Assembly (NCBI GenBank): GCA_963740085.1
Contig: CAVUCU010000001.1
Span: 896,001-960,000 of the forward strand
DNA: 64,000 bases
Reading direction: 5' to 3'
Origin: Nitrospirota bacterium
GTDB taxonomy: Bacteria > Nitrospirota > UBA9217
Shown here: in pieces, positions 32,442-42,033 of the stretch
How positions within the stretch are numbered: the stretch's first letter is position 1
Layout of the letters: every line of letters starts with the position of its first letter
Position numbers and translations under genes: made by a program
The notes under the pieces: generated by a model
Seen by the model: only the letters and a program-made list of their open reading frames with translations
Database searches by the model: none
Told to the model about the DNA's origin: nothing

Positions 32442-34019
32442 CTATATCCGAATCTGCTTCACCGACAGAACATTAGCCATCTTCCTGATCTTCGCCATGA
32501 TCTCATCGGACGCTGCGCCGTCGATGCTCACGATAGACATTGCCATCCCGCCCTGTCTCTCGCGGCCGAACTGCATGCGCGCGATATTGATCCCGTTCTG
32601 GCCGAGCAGCGTGCCGATACCGCCGATAACACCCGGTTTGTCGTTGTTCATGAGAACGAGCATGTCGCCCTCGGGCACGGTCTCCATGGGGAAGTTGTCC
32701 ACCTGGATGATGCGCGGCTCTTTTTTACTGTTCAGCGTCCCTGCAATGGACAAGTCCCTGCCGCCCTCCTTGACCCGCATCGTGATGAGGCTCGTGTACT
32801 CGGTGGTATCGGTCGACCGGGACACCTTGATCTCAATGCCGCGGTCCTTTGCAATGAGCGGCGCGTTCACGTAGTTCACAGTCTCGTTGAGAATCGGCGT
32901 AAGCAGGCCCTTGAGCGCCGCGAGGGTGATAGGCTCAAGTTTCAGGTTCGATACCTCGCCGCTGTACTCCACCGCCACTTGCGTGAGACCTCCCTCGCAG
33001 AGCTGTGCCTGGAAAAGCCCCATGCGCTCAGCAAGGTTGATGTAGGGCGAGAGCATCGGGAGCTGGTCCGCGGGCACCGACGGTACATTCACGGCGTTCC
33101 GCACCGTCCCGGCGATGAGGTAGTCCACGATCTGCTCGGCAACGGCAACGGCAACGTTCTCCTGGGCCTCATGGGTCGAAGCGCCGAGGTGCGGCGTGGC
33201 GATAAAGTTGTCGAGGGTGAGGAGCGGATGGTTCTCCGGCGGCTCTTTTTCGAACACGTCGAATGCCGCGCCGCCGATCTTGCCGCTCTTCAATGCCTCG
33301 TAGAGGTCCTTCTCGTTCACGATCCCGCCCCTGGCGCAGTTGATGATGCGCACACCGTCCTTCATGCGGCCGATCGTGTCCCTGTTGATCAGGTTCGCAG
33401 TCTCTTTGGTCTTCGGCGTGTGGATCGTTATAAAATCCGCCCGTTTGTAGATCGTCTGCAGGTCCGCGAGCTCGAGCCCGAGGCTCTTTGCCTTTTCCGT
33501 GGAGATGAAAGGGTCATAGGCCAGCACCTTCATGCCGAGCCCGATCGCCCGGTTCGCGACCACGCCGCCGATAGCGCCCATCCCGATGATACCCAGGGTC
33601 TTGGCGTAAAGCTCCACTCCCTCGAACTTCTTCTTTTCCCACTTGCCTGCCTTCAGCGAGGCGTAGGACTGGGGGATCATCCGGGCCAAGGCGAAGATCA
33701 TGCCGATGGTGTGCTCCGCGGTGGTGACCGTGTTGCCGCCCGGCGTGTTCATCACGACCACGCCCTTCTTGGTGGCTGCCGGGATGTCCACGTTGTCCAG
33801 ACCGCTGCCCGCGCGCCCCACCACCTTGAGCTTCGTTGCCTTGTCAAGCAGCCCCGCGGTGACCCTGGTCGCCGAGCGGATGATGAGCGCATCGTAGTCG
33901 CCGATGATCTTTTCGATCTCCTCGACCGACGTCTTGTTCCGGGCGTCAACTTCAAGCCCGGCCTTTTTTAAAATTTCCACCCCGATGGGGGAAAGGTTGT
34001 CGCTGATCAGAACCTTCAT
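32442..34019 (-). CDS. serA: D-3-phosphoglycerate dehydrogenase (with ASB and ACT domains)
   Basis: GRAGSGLDNVD, NTPGGN, GIIGMGAIG, NCARGG, TPHLGAST, NNDKPG. Confidence 0.96.
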   Translation of the reverse strand: MKVLISDNLSPIGVEILKKAGLEVDARNKTSVEEIEKIIGDYDALIIRSATRVTAGLLDKATKLKVVGRAGSGLDNVDIPAATKKGVVVMNTPGGNTVTTAEHTIGMIFALARMIPQSYASLKAGKWEKKKFEGVELYAKTLGIIGMGAIGGVVANRAIGLGMKVLAYDPFISTEKAKSLGLELADLQTIYKRADFITIHTPKTKETANLINRDTIGRMKDGVRIINCARGGIVNEKDLYEALKSGKIGGAAFDVFEKEPPENHPLLTLDNFIATPHLGASTHEAQENVAVAVAEQIVDYLIAGTVRNAVNVPSVPADQLPMLSPYINLAERMGLFQAQLCEGGLTQVAVEYSGEVSNLKLEPITLAALKGLLTPILNETVNYVNAPLIAKDRGIEIKVSRSTDTTEYTSLITMRVKEGGRDLSIAGTLNSKKEPRIIQVDNFPMETVPEGDMLVLMNNDKPGVIGGIGTLLGQNGINIARMQFGRERQGGMAMSIVSIDGAASDEIMAKIRKMANVLSVKQIRI

Positions 34020-34042
34020 CAAACCTCCTAAATGCTGCAGAA

Positions 34043-34153
34043 AATACGAATATCGAAATCCGGAATCCTAAACAATTTCTAAGATCAAATTCTTAAACGT
34101 TTTGAATTTAGTCGTTTGAATTTGTTTATAGCTTAGATATTCGGATTTAGTAT
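34043..34153. repeat. 7-bp tandem repeat hairpin
   Basis: ACGAATA-TCGAAAT-CCGGAAT-CCTAAAC ... GATATTCGGATTTAGTATTT. Confidence 0.55.
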
Positions 34154-34164
34154 TTGCCGTTTTA

Positions 34165-35301
34165 TCACTTCATCAAAATTTCCTGCGCCGCGCCGACGCC
34201 CGTTCCGAGTTTCACCGGATGGCCCAGGCCTTTCAGCACCATTTCAATGCCGGCCACGGCCGTGATCACGTCGAAGGTGTCGGCATAGCCCAGGTGCGCG
34301 ATGCGGAATATCTTGCCCTTCAGCTTGTCCTGGCCGCCGGCGCCGGTAATGCCGTACTTCTCCCGGAGGTTCTTATAGATCGCCTGGCCATCCACGCCTG
34401 CCGGCGCCTCGATGGCAGTCAGCGCATTGCTCGGGCTTTCCTTGGGGAAAAGCTTGAGGCCGAGTGCGGCAACGGCCGCGCGGGTGGCCTTGGCAAGCCT
34501 GGCGTGGCGCGCGAACGCGTTCTCGAGCCCCTCTGCCTGAAGTATCTTGATGCAGGAGTTAAGGCCGATGATAAGCGTCACCGCCGAGGTGAAGTTCGTC
34601 TGGTTCTTTGCCAGGTTCTCGCGCTCTTTCTTGAAATTGAAGTAGAACTTCGGCGTCCTGGCAGTCTCGGCCATCTTCCAAGCCTTGTCGCTCACGGACA
34701 CGAACGCGAGTCCCGGGGGCAGCATCACGCCCTTCTGGGAACCACCGATCATCACATCGATGCCCCACTCATCGGCCTTGATATCGTGCGCCACGAGTGC
34801 CGAGATCGCATCAACGACAACGAGCGCGTCGGTATTTTTTACCACCGCTGCAACGGACTTCACATCGTGGTACACTCCCGTTGACGTCTCGTTGGCCTGG
34901 ATGAACACCGCCTTGATCCTGGGGTTCTTCTTGAGTGCGGCCCCGACCTGCTCCGCCTTTACCGCATAGCCCCACTCCACGATGAGCTCCTCGACCTTCA
35001 TGCCGTAGGCCTGGCAGATCTTGGTCCAGCGTTCTCCGAACTTGCCGCCGTTGATCACGAGCACGTCGTCGCCCGGGCTCAGGAAGTTCGTCACCGAGCC
35101 TTCCATCCCGCCGGTGCCGGTGGAGCACAGGATAAGCACATCGTTCTTTGTCTGAAAGAGCCACTGCAGGCCCTTCTTCGCCGAATCGAGGATCGGCAGA
35201 AAATCCGGCGCGCGGTGATGGATGATCGGCATAGCCATGGCCAGGAGCGCTTCCGGGGGCACCGGGGTCGGGCCAGGGGCTAAAAGATATTTTTTCTGCA
35301 T
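34165..35301 (-). CDS. class V PLP aminotransferase (alanine/serine-glyoxylate type; probably phosphoserine aminotransferase role)
   Basis: PGPTPVP, NETSTGV, VDAIS, GSQKG, FRIAHLG; upstream of serA. Confidence 0.93.
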   Translation of the reverse strand: MQKKYLLAPGPTPVPPEALLAMAMPIIHHRAPDFLPILDSAKKGLQWLFQTKNDVLILCSTGTGGMEGSVTNFLSPGDDVLVINGGKFGERWTKICQAYGMKVEELIVEWGYAVKAEQVGAALKKNPRIKAVFIQANETSTGVYHDVKSVAAVVKNTDALVVVDAISALVAHDIKADEWGIDVMIGGSQKGVMLPPGLAFVSVSDKAWKMAETARTPKFYFNFKKERENLAKNQTNFTSAVTLIIGLNSCIKILQAEGLENAFARHARLAKATRAAVAALGLKLFPKESPSNALTAIEAPAGVDGQAIYKNLREKYGITGAGGQDKLKGKIFRIAHLGYADTFDVITAVAGIEMVLKGLGHPVKLGTGVGAAQEILMK

Positions 35302-35520
35302 AGGTATACCCTCCAAAAAATTTAGACGATACGTCCGTCAGTTTCTCTGCCTTATAAAAACGCGATATCGTTAGCTGATGACGATGAACAACGAAAATTA
35401 GTGCCCCGCCGGGACGGGACCTATGCCAGGGGTTGGCATGTCGCTGGGATATTGCGGGTGTCTGTGCTGTTTCAAGATAGACTGCCTCTCTCTATGATAA
35501 TTCCCGTTAAAAACCCTTTG

Positions 35521-35550
35521 ACACTAGCATATGCCGCGGAAAATTGTCAA
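35521..35550 (-). promoter_or_regulatory. candidate sigma-70 promoter for the aminotransferase-serA-purA run
   Basis: TTGACA-18 nt-TAGTGT with TG extension on the minus strand. Confidence 0.5.
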
Positions 35551-35608
35551 GAAAATAGTGCGGCCTGCTCCCCCTTGAGCGCGAGCAAGCCCGGGGAACG
35601 AAATCCCG

Positions 35609-36004
35609 CTAATTCGGCACAACATCCAGGTTCACTTCCACCGAAAGCACGGGCGTGACGCGATCATTAGAATAAATACTGATGTGTTTCGAAACAGGAC
35701 CGCTGCTGTTGACCGTGGTCACCGTCGCCTTCACGCGTCCTACGGCCCCCGGATCCAGGTGGTCGGAACTGACCACCGCTGCGGCACAGCCTCAGGAAGG
35801 CTGGACCTTTTCTATGATCAGTTGTTCGCTGCCTACGTTCTTGATCTCGAATATATATTCAGCCTTTGCCCCCTGGACGACCTTGCCGAAATCGTGGCGC
35901 ATCTCTTTGATCTCGATCCTCGGCCCGTCGTTTTCAAGCGCCGCCAGTGGTCCGGCATACAGCAGGCCGGTCAGCAACACGCACATTAAAGCCATCCGCC
36001 TCAT
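35609..36004 (-). CDS. exported DUF1573-like Ig-fold protein, probable selenoprotein (S-U-G-C)
   Basis: TGA at 35792-35794 falls where the family SCGC motif has its first Cys; frame continues to TAG at 35609 with family-like sequence; SECIS-like hairpin follows. Confidence 0.8.
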
Positions 36005-36068
36005 TTTCCACCCCTTGTCCGCGTTCTTATCCGCAATACGGCGTCCGGATTCCGCGGTCATCGTTTAT

Positions 36069-36773
36069 TTACATCCCCATTTTCTTTTGATAGATCATGC
36101 TGACGATCTCCTCGCGTGAAATGAGCTTTTTTTCTATCAACAGGCTGATGATCGCGTCGAGACGTATGCGATAGTCTTCCAGTCTCTGTTTCGCGTTTTC
36201 ACCACTGGATAGAATGGGTGAAGACGCGTCGGACTCGGAAACCCCCTTCAAGCTCAGATCACTGCCCCGGATAAGCTCCATCTTCCCGCCCGGGGAAGCC
36301 CCCTGTTGAAATGGGGACTGCTCCGGTTTGCGGACCACGGTCTCGCCGTCATAGTATTTCCTGATGGCATCCTTGATCTCGGACTCCAGTACCAGCGAGG
36401 GTTTGATGGTACAACCGGTTATGAACCGGATCTCATCCATAGCCTCAATATCGTAGGGGTCCAGCATCGCCAGGACCAGCGTTGTCCCTTCCTTTTTCAC
36501 GGGCAACACGAGATACTTTTTCGCTGTCTCGGGCTTGATCAGTTTGAAGACTTCCGGCGAAACCTCGGGCTCGAACAAATTGATATAGGGGATCTGTAAT
36601 TTTCGCGCGATCACCCGGGACAGACCCTCTTCCTTGACGAACGCAAGCGATATCAGGACCGCTCCCAGTTTCCCTCCCCAGTTGCGCTGGTGAGAAAGGG
36701 CGGTCTCAAGCTGGAAATCATCAATCAGACCAGCATCCTTAAGCATATCACCCAGTTTCTTAACCTCAGCCAA
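36069..36773 (-). CDS. stand-alone MshEN/T2SSE N-terminal domain protein
   Basis: KLGDMLKDAGLI...QLETALSHQ..GGKLGAVLI, LVLAMLDP; no ATPase domain. Confidence 0.85.
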   Translation of the reverse strand: MAEVKKLGDMLKDAGLIDDFQLETALSHQRNWGGKLGAVLISLAFVKEEGLSRVIARKLQIPYINLFEPEVSPEVFKLIKPETAKKYLVLPVKKEGTTLVLAMLDPYDIEAMDEIRFITGCTIKPSLVLESEIKDAIRKYYDGETVVRKPEQSPFQQGASPGGKMELIRGSDLSLKGVSESDASSPILSSGENAKQRLEDYRIRLDAIISLLIEKKLISREEIVSMIYQKKMGM

Positions 36774-36987
36774 ACGGCCCCCCGGGAACGGACGTATCAA
36801 ACAAAACACCGATCTGCGCAGAATTATATGCCTCGCAGACCGAGAAAGTCAATGATTTTTGAGGAAATATCGCCTTGCACAGGTGAAAGCATCGCAGAAC
36901 CGGAACAGGCCATCCTTATTTACCGCGGAAGAGAGGGCACCTTACCTTCCTCCTGCAAACGGCGAGGTGCGGTCGCTCAAGAATTTG

Positions 36988-37764
36988 TCACGTACCTCTC
37001 GTCACGCGCGACTCGTCGCCCGACTTCATGAGCAGATGCCGGAGTTCCACGTCCGCGAGCGCCGCAAGCAGGCTTGCCTTGATGCCCGGCTGCTCCTTCT
37101 CGAGGCCGGCCAGGAGTCTTTTTATCTTCCCGCGCTTCATGTCCGTATCCCCGCAGGCCGGACAGGCGCAACAGGTCACGGGGAATCCCGCGTTCGTGGC
37201 ATAACGGATGATATCGTCTTCGGGCACATAGACGAGCGGCCGTATGACCACATCAATGCCGTTATCGGCGAGCAGAAGCGGGGCCATGGCCTTGATCTTT
37301 CCGTTGTACAACTGGTTCAGAAAAAGCGTCTCGATGAAATCCTCGCGGTGATGTCCGAGGGCGATCTTCGTGCATCCGAGTTCACGCGCCTGCGTATATA
37401 ACACACCGCGCCTGATCCGCGCACAGAGCGCGCACGGGGTATCGTCCGGCATCAGTTTTTCGAGCATGAGCCCGTGAATGGGCGCAGGGATGATCCGGTA
37501 CTCGAAGTCGCGGGCGCGAAGATACTCTTCCATGAGGCCGGTCTGAAACCCCGGGAACCCCGGATGCACAGTAACGGCGATGAGAGAAAAACTGACCGGC
37601 GCCCGTTTCCGCAGGCTTTCCAGGACATGAAGCAGCGTCCAGCTGTCCTTGCCGCCTGACAGGGCAACCAATATCCGGTCATGGTCCTGTATCATGCCGA
37701 AATCGCCGATGGCGCGGCCGCTCAGCCTCCGGATCTGGTGCTCCAACTGTTCTCTCTGGTGCAT
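36988..37764 (-). CDS. ttcA: tRNA 2-thiocytidine(32) synthetase
   Basis: SGGKDS PP-loop, CALCARIRRG, LGHHRED, IRPL, CPAC. Confidence 0.9.
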   Translation of the reverse strand: MHQREQLEHQIRRLSGRAIGDFGMIQDHDRILVALSGGKDSWTLLHVLESLRKRAPVSFSLIAVTVHPGFPGFQTGLMEEYLRARDFEYRIIPAPIHGLMLEKLMPDDTPCALCARIRRGVLYTQARELGCTKIALGHHREDFIETLFLNQLYNGKIKAMAPLLLADNGIDVVIRPLVYVPEDDIIRYATNAGFPVTCCACPACGDTDMKRGKIKRLLAGLEKEQPGIKASLLAALADVELRHLLMKSGDESRVTRGT

Positions 37765-38055
37765 GGAGTAAATCCTAAAGCCTGCCAACGGATAAGTCAA
37801 CCAAAAACGGCAGCTGGCCAAAGAAAGCACAAAATTCACCGAGAAGAAACAACATCTTAACGACAAAAAACAGTCATCTTATGAGTGAATCTATTTTCAC
37901 CAAATTACTGCTTGATTTATTTTGTGTTTTATGTGCTTTTTGCCTGCGCACAGCGTTTACGAGTGGAATCGCGAGTGCAGAGTGTGGCTGAACTGCTCTT
38001 TGTAAGGGCAACCGTTTTATGGGGGCGTTCCTGAGGATCGGGTGGAAACAAAACA

Positions 38056-38083
38056 GGCCCCCGGAAACACGCTTCCGGGGGCC
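38056..38083 (-). terminator. intrinsic terminator
   Basis: GGCCCCCGGAA/TTCCGGGGGCC stem followed by TGTTTTGTTT on the minus strand. Confidence 0.8.
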
Positions 38084-38104
38084 CTCGATACATGGTGAGG
38101 TTGA

Positions 38105-38446
38105 TTATCTTCTTTTCTTGGTAGCTTTTTTCTTTGCAGTTTTCTTTTTCGCAACCTTCTTTTTCGTTGCCTTTTTCTTCACTGCCTTTTTGACCGTCTT
38201 TTTTGCAGCTTTCTTTTTCGCCGGCTTCTTCGCGGCCTTTTTTACAGCTTTTTTCTTTGCCGGCTTCTTCTTTGCAGGCTTCTTCTTGACTGCGGGCGCC
38301 GCTTTCAGTGCGAACGGCTCACCGATCTCGGTCGTCTCGAGACCACAGCAAAACACCGGCTCTTCATAGATATCGCCGGTCCTTGTCACATCTATCTTCC
38401 TGCCGCACACCTTGCACTCATACTGCATGATCTTTTCAATACCCAT
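38105..38446 (-). CDS. desulforedoxin-like metal-binding domain fused to a histone H1-like Lys/Ala tail
   Basis: YECKVCG...PVFCCG then KKPAKKK repeats; RBS AGGAGG; own terminator. Confidence 0.8.
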   Translation of the reverse strand: MGIEKIMQYECKVCGRKIDVTRTGDIYEEPVFCCGLETTEIGEPFALKAAPAVKKKPAKKKPAKKKAVKKAAKKPAKKKAAKKTVKKAVKKKATKKKVAKKKTAKKKATKKRR

Positions 38447-38633
38447 ACGCGTTCCCCTCCTTTTAAGCTGATGACCCGTGTATTCACGGGCTGAATGGCG
38501 GTACTGGCACTGTGCGATCTTTCCGGGTTCAGAATACGCCGGGAACCAAAAAGCCGGGCCCCACGTCAATAATTATATTATTATTAATGTAGAATCATCT
38601 TCATCAAATGTCAAGTTTTTTATGGAAAACGGA

Positions 38634-38825
38634 CTAACTCCATACCCGCGGCTGTTTCTTGTTCGCGTTGATCATGGCGGTCTTTCTCATGTCCGCCTGC
38701 TTGAGCTGCCAGATATGCTCCATACCCTCGATTGCCGCTGACAATGCCTCATCGGTAAGCTTGTTGTCCCAGTTCTTTGACTCAGCCAGACGGTAAAGTT
38801 CCAGTATCACTTCATCAAGCGTCAT
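38634..38825 (-). CDS. small hypothetical protein
   Basis: RBS AAGGAG before MTLDEVIL; amphipathic helical sequence. Confidence 0.6.
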   Translation of the reverse strand: MTLDEVILELYRLAESKNWDNKLTDEALSAAIEGMEHIWQLKQADMRKTAMINANKKQPRVWS

Positions 38826-38900
38826 ACGATCTCCTTTCAATTCAAAGTGTTATGGCATATTCAGGATCAACAGAATCGATAACAGCGGTCCTTTCCATAC

Positions 38901-38929
38901 AAAAAAAGCCGGAAGAACGATCTCCCGGC
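38901..38929 (-). terminator. intrinsic terminator downstream of nrdJ
   Basis: GCCGGGAGA/TCTTCCGGC stem then T7 on the minus strand. Confidence 0.7.
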
Positions 38930-39067
38930 CGTAGTCAGATTACATCACGTTCCCTTCATCAATGGTAACAATGAAAGAGGTTTGCCTCACGTTGCCTCCG
39001 GGTTTACCACAAAGGGTTTTGCAGTCTCATTCCGCAATCCGCGATCCGAAATCCGCATTTGTATATA

Positions 39068-41432
39068 TCATCCGCACTTGGAGAACCCGCATCCCCGGCA
39101 GAAGGCACAACCTTCTCCAAATTCAAGCAGGCCTCCGCAGTCCGGACATTCCGGGCAGAGCCCCAGGTGGTTCTTGTTCCCGCCCTTTGAGCAATCAGAA
39201 GAAGTATAGGCAACCGTTGGCTGTGCAGTAGAAACGATGGCCTTGGGCTTATGATGCTGGTGGCCCACCGCGTCCTTGGTATAGCGCTCGAGCGCCCTGG
39301 CGATGGCATCGGGGCAGGACAGGATCGAGCCTCCCTCTCCCCATGCCGGCGACGGGCACCTGATCCCCTTCACCTGCTTTACGATGGAATCGATGGATAT
39401 CCCCGAACGGAGCGCGAGGGAGACCATGCGGGAGACCGCCTCTGACTGGCTCGCGGCGCACCCGCCGGACTTGCCCATGGTGGAGAAGACCTCGCAGATG
39501 CCCTCCTCGTCCTCGTTGATCGTGATATAGAGGTTTCCGCAGCCCGTAGGAAGCTTCTGGGTGACCCCATGGGTGAGCACCGGACGGTTCCGCGGCTTCT
39601 TTTCCTCCGCCAGTTCAGGCGAGGCAGAGGCAACGGCCATGTGCTGGCCCGCGGCAGCCGCTTTGCGCGCCTTCTCCGTGGCGCCCGTGCTGAGCACCTG
39701 CTCGTCGCGCGACCCGTCACGGTAGATGGTCACACCCTTGCAGCCGAGTTTGTATGCCATCATATAGACATTCTTCACATCGTCCCGGGTGGCCGTGTGC
39801 GGAAAGTTCACGGTCTTGGAAACGGCATTATCCGTATATTTCTGGAATGCGGCCTGCATGCGGATGTGCCACTCCGGAGTGATGTCGTGGGCCGTATACG
39901 AACACGCGCTGCACGTCCTCGGGGACCGTCGGGACGCCCGTGCACCCCCCATGCTCGGCGATGTCCTTCATGAGCTCTTCGGAATAGAAACCGCCCTCCC
40001 TGGCAACGCGCTCGAACACGGGGTTCACCTCGAGGAGTTCCGCGCCGTCCATGACCCTCCGGACAAAGGTGAGCCCGAAGAGCGGCTCGATGCCGCTGGA
40101 ACAGCCGGCGATGATGGACAGGGTCCCTGTCGGAGCGATCGTCGTGATCGTCGCGTTTCTGACCGGCGCAGATTCCGGCTTGTCATGGATGCTTCCCTTG
40201 AAGTTCGGAAAGGCCCCGCGCTCTTGTGCAAGCTCCTCGCTCATCTTCCGGCCCTCGTCGGTGATGAACTTCATTACCGTCTCGCCGAGCCTCACGGCCT
40301 GGTCGGAGTTGTAGGGAATGCCCAGTTCAAGCAGCATATCGGCGAACCCCATGACCCCAAGGCCGATCTTGCGGTTCGCCCGTGTCTGCTGGCCGATCTT
40401 TTCAAGGGGATACCTGTTTACATCGATCACGTTGTCGAGGAAGTGGACCGCCTGCCGCACCGCGTGGCGGAGCTTGTCATAATCCACAGCCGTGCCATTG
40501 ACCGCCAGCATCCTCGACAGATTGATCGAGCCGAGGTTGCAGGACTCGTAGGGCAGGAGCGGCTGCTCACCGCAGGGGTTGGTGGACTCCATCCTTCCCA
40601 CGTGCGGTGTGGGATTGTACTGGTTGATGCGGTCAAGAAAGATGATGCCCGGGTCGCCGTTCTTCCACGCCATGTTCACTATGGTCTCGAATACGCGGGG
40701 GGCATTGAGGGTCTTGACCACGGCCTTAGCGCGCGGGGAGACCAGGTCGTACTCTCCGTCAGTGTCCACTGCATCCATGAACCTGTCGGTTATGGCCACC
40801 GAGATGTTGAAGTTGTTCAGCCGGTCGTTCTGCTGCTTGCACGTGACGAAATCGAGGATGTCCGGGTGGTCCACCGAGAGGATGCCCATGTTCGCGCCGC
40901 GCCGCGTGCCGCCCTGCTTCACCGTCTCGGTTGCCGCATCAAACACGGTCATGAACGAGATGGGACCGGACGATACGCCCTTCGTGGACTTCACTACGTC
41001 GTTCTTCGGACGGATGCGGGAAAAGGAGAAGCCCGTGCCGCCGCCGGACTTGTGGATGAGCGCGGCGTTCTTCACGGAATCGAAGATCTCCTCCATGGAG
41101 TCGCCCACCGGCAGCACGAAACAGGCCGAGAGCTGTCCAAGCTCGCGCCCCGCGTTCATAAGCGTTGGGCTGTTCGGCAGGAACTCAAGTGAGGTCATGA
41201 GGCGGTAGAACTCGGTCGCGGTCCGCTCCACGTCAACATCGGATTTGCCATAGGCCAGGTCGCCCTCGGCTATGGTCCTCGCCACGCGGGTGAACATGTC
41301 GACCGCTGTTTCGATCACAGTTCCGTCCCCGTTCCGCTTCAGGTACCTTTTTTCAAGGACCTTGAGGCAGTTCTCTGAAAGATCAAGACCCTTACCGGAT
41401 GCTGTTTTCGAACCAGTAGCCGCACTCTTCAT
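39068..41432 (-). pseudogene. nrdJ: class II (B12-dependent) ribonucleotide reductase with TSCPD domain, split by a one-base insertion
   Basis: [37 protein letters not shown] in ORF 1; AVSKTVN, CKGVTIYRDGS, SCPDAI and Zn ribbon in ORF 2; frames join at GTATACG near 39897. Confidence 0.9.
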
Positions 41433-41546
41433 AAAGCCCCTCCCTGTGATGCTGGCAAGTGATATCAAACGCTGAAAGAGCACCCCTGAGGCTGCTCTTT
41501 AAAATAGTAATAATGGTTGATGGTTTATTGGGTAAACCGGAATGCC

Positions 41547-41592
41547 ACACTATTTTGTGGAACGAGGTAATTATAGCTACAACATGTTGTGT
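41547..41592. promoter_or_regulatory. tandem NrdR boxes
   Basis: CTACAACATGTTGTGT (41577-41592) and weaker ACACTATTTTGTGGAA (41547-41562) upstream of nrdJ; consensus acaCwAtATaTwGtgt. Confidence 0.7.
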
Positions 41593-41918
41593 TTGTCAAA
41601 TTAAATTTAAAAAAAGATACGAGGACGGCAATATTCGAATCATTCTTATTCCATGCGGTTTTTTTTACCCCTGAGCCGCTCCAAAAGCCCCAGTAAAGGG
41701 CGAAAGAACACAGCGCGTGAAAACTGTACGCCAGTGGCACCTATTTGTGACATACAATTATACAAATGGGTTTTTTGAAGAGTTGATCGGTCTGGTTTAC
41801 TGAAAATTTGGGGTTGAAAGGCTGCCCGCAATTCATCCGGATGCAGGTGATGCCTCGGTACACCGCCCGTCACCTTTTCTCCTGAGCCGGTCTGTCCGGG
41901 ACTATAAAAAAATTCATG

Positions 41919-41993
41919 TTTACCACGGAGCCCTGTTGATGAACCGTTAAAAATGATAATTCCTAAACGGGTGAACATGGTACTCCGTGGTAA
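41919..41993. repeat. REP-like inverted repeat element
   Basis: TTTACCACGGAG ... CTCCGTGGTAAA. Confidence 0.6.
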
Positions 41994-42033
41994 AAAAGTT
42001 TTTAGATCTTCTTGCCGTCCATTTTGAGAAGAC

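Noticed and set aside
38019-38369. Phe/Ala-rich 116-aa ORF
   Set aside because: Reverse complement of the Lys/Ala-rich H1-like gene
39068-39952. Separate NrdJb-type gene
   Set aside because: The break falls within the catalytic barrel, has no RBS, and one-base removal restores a continuous NrdJ
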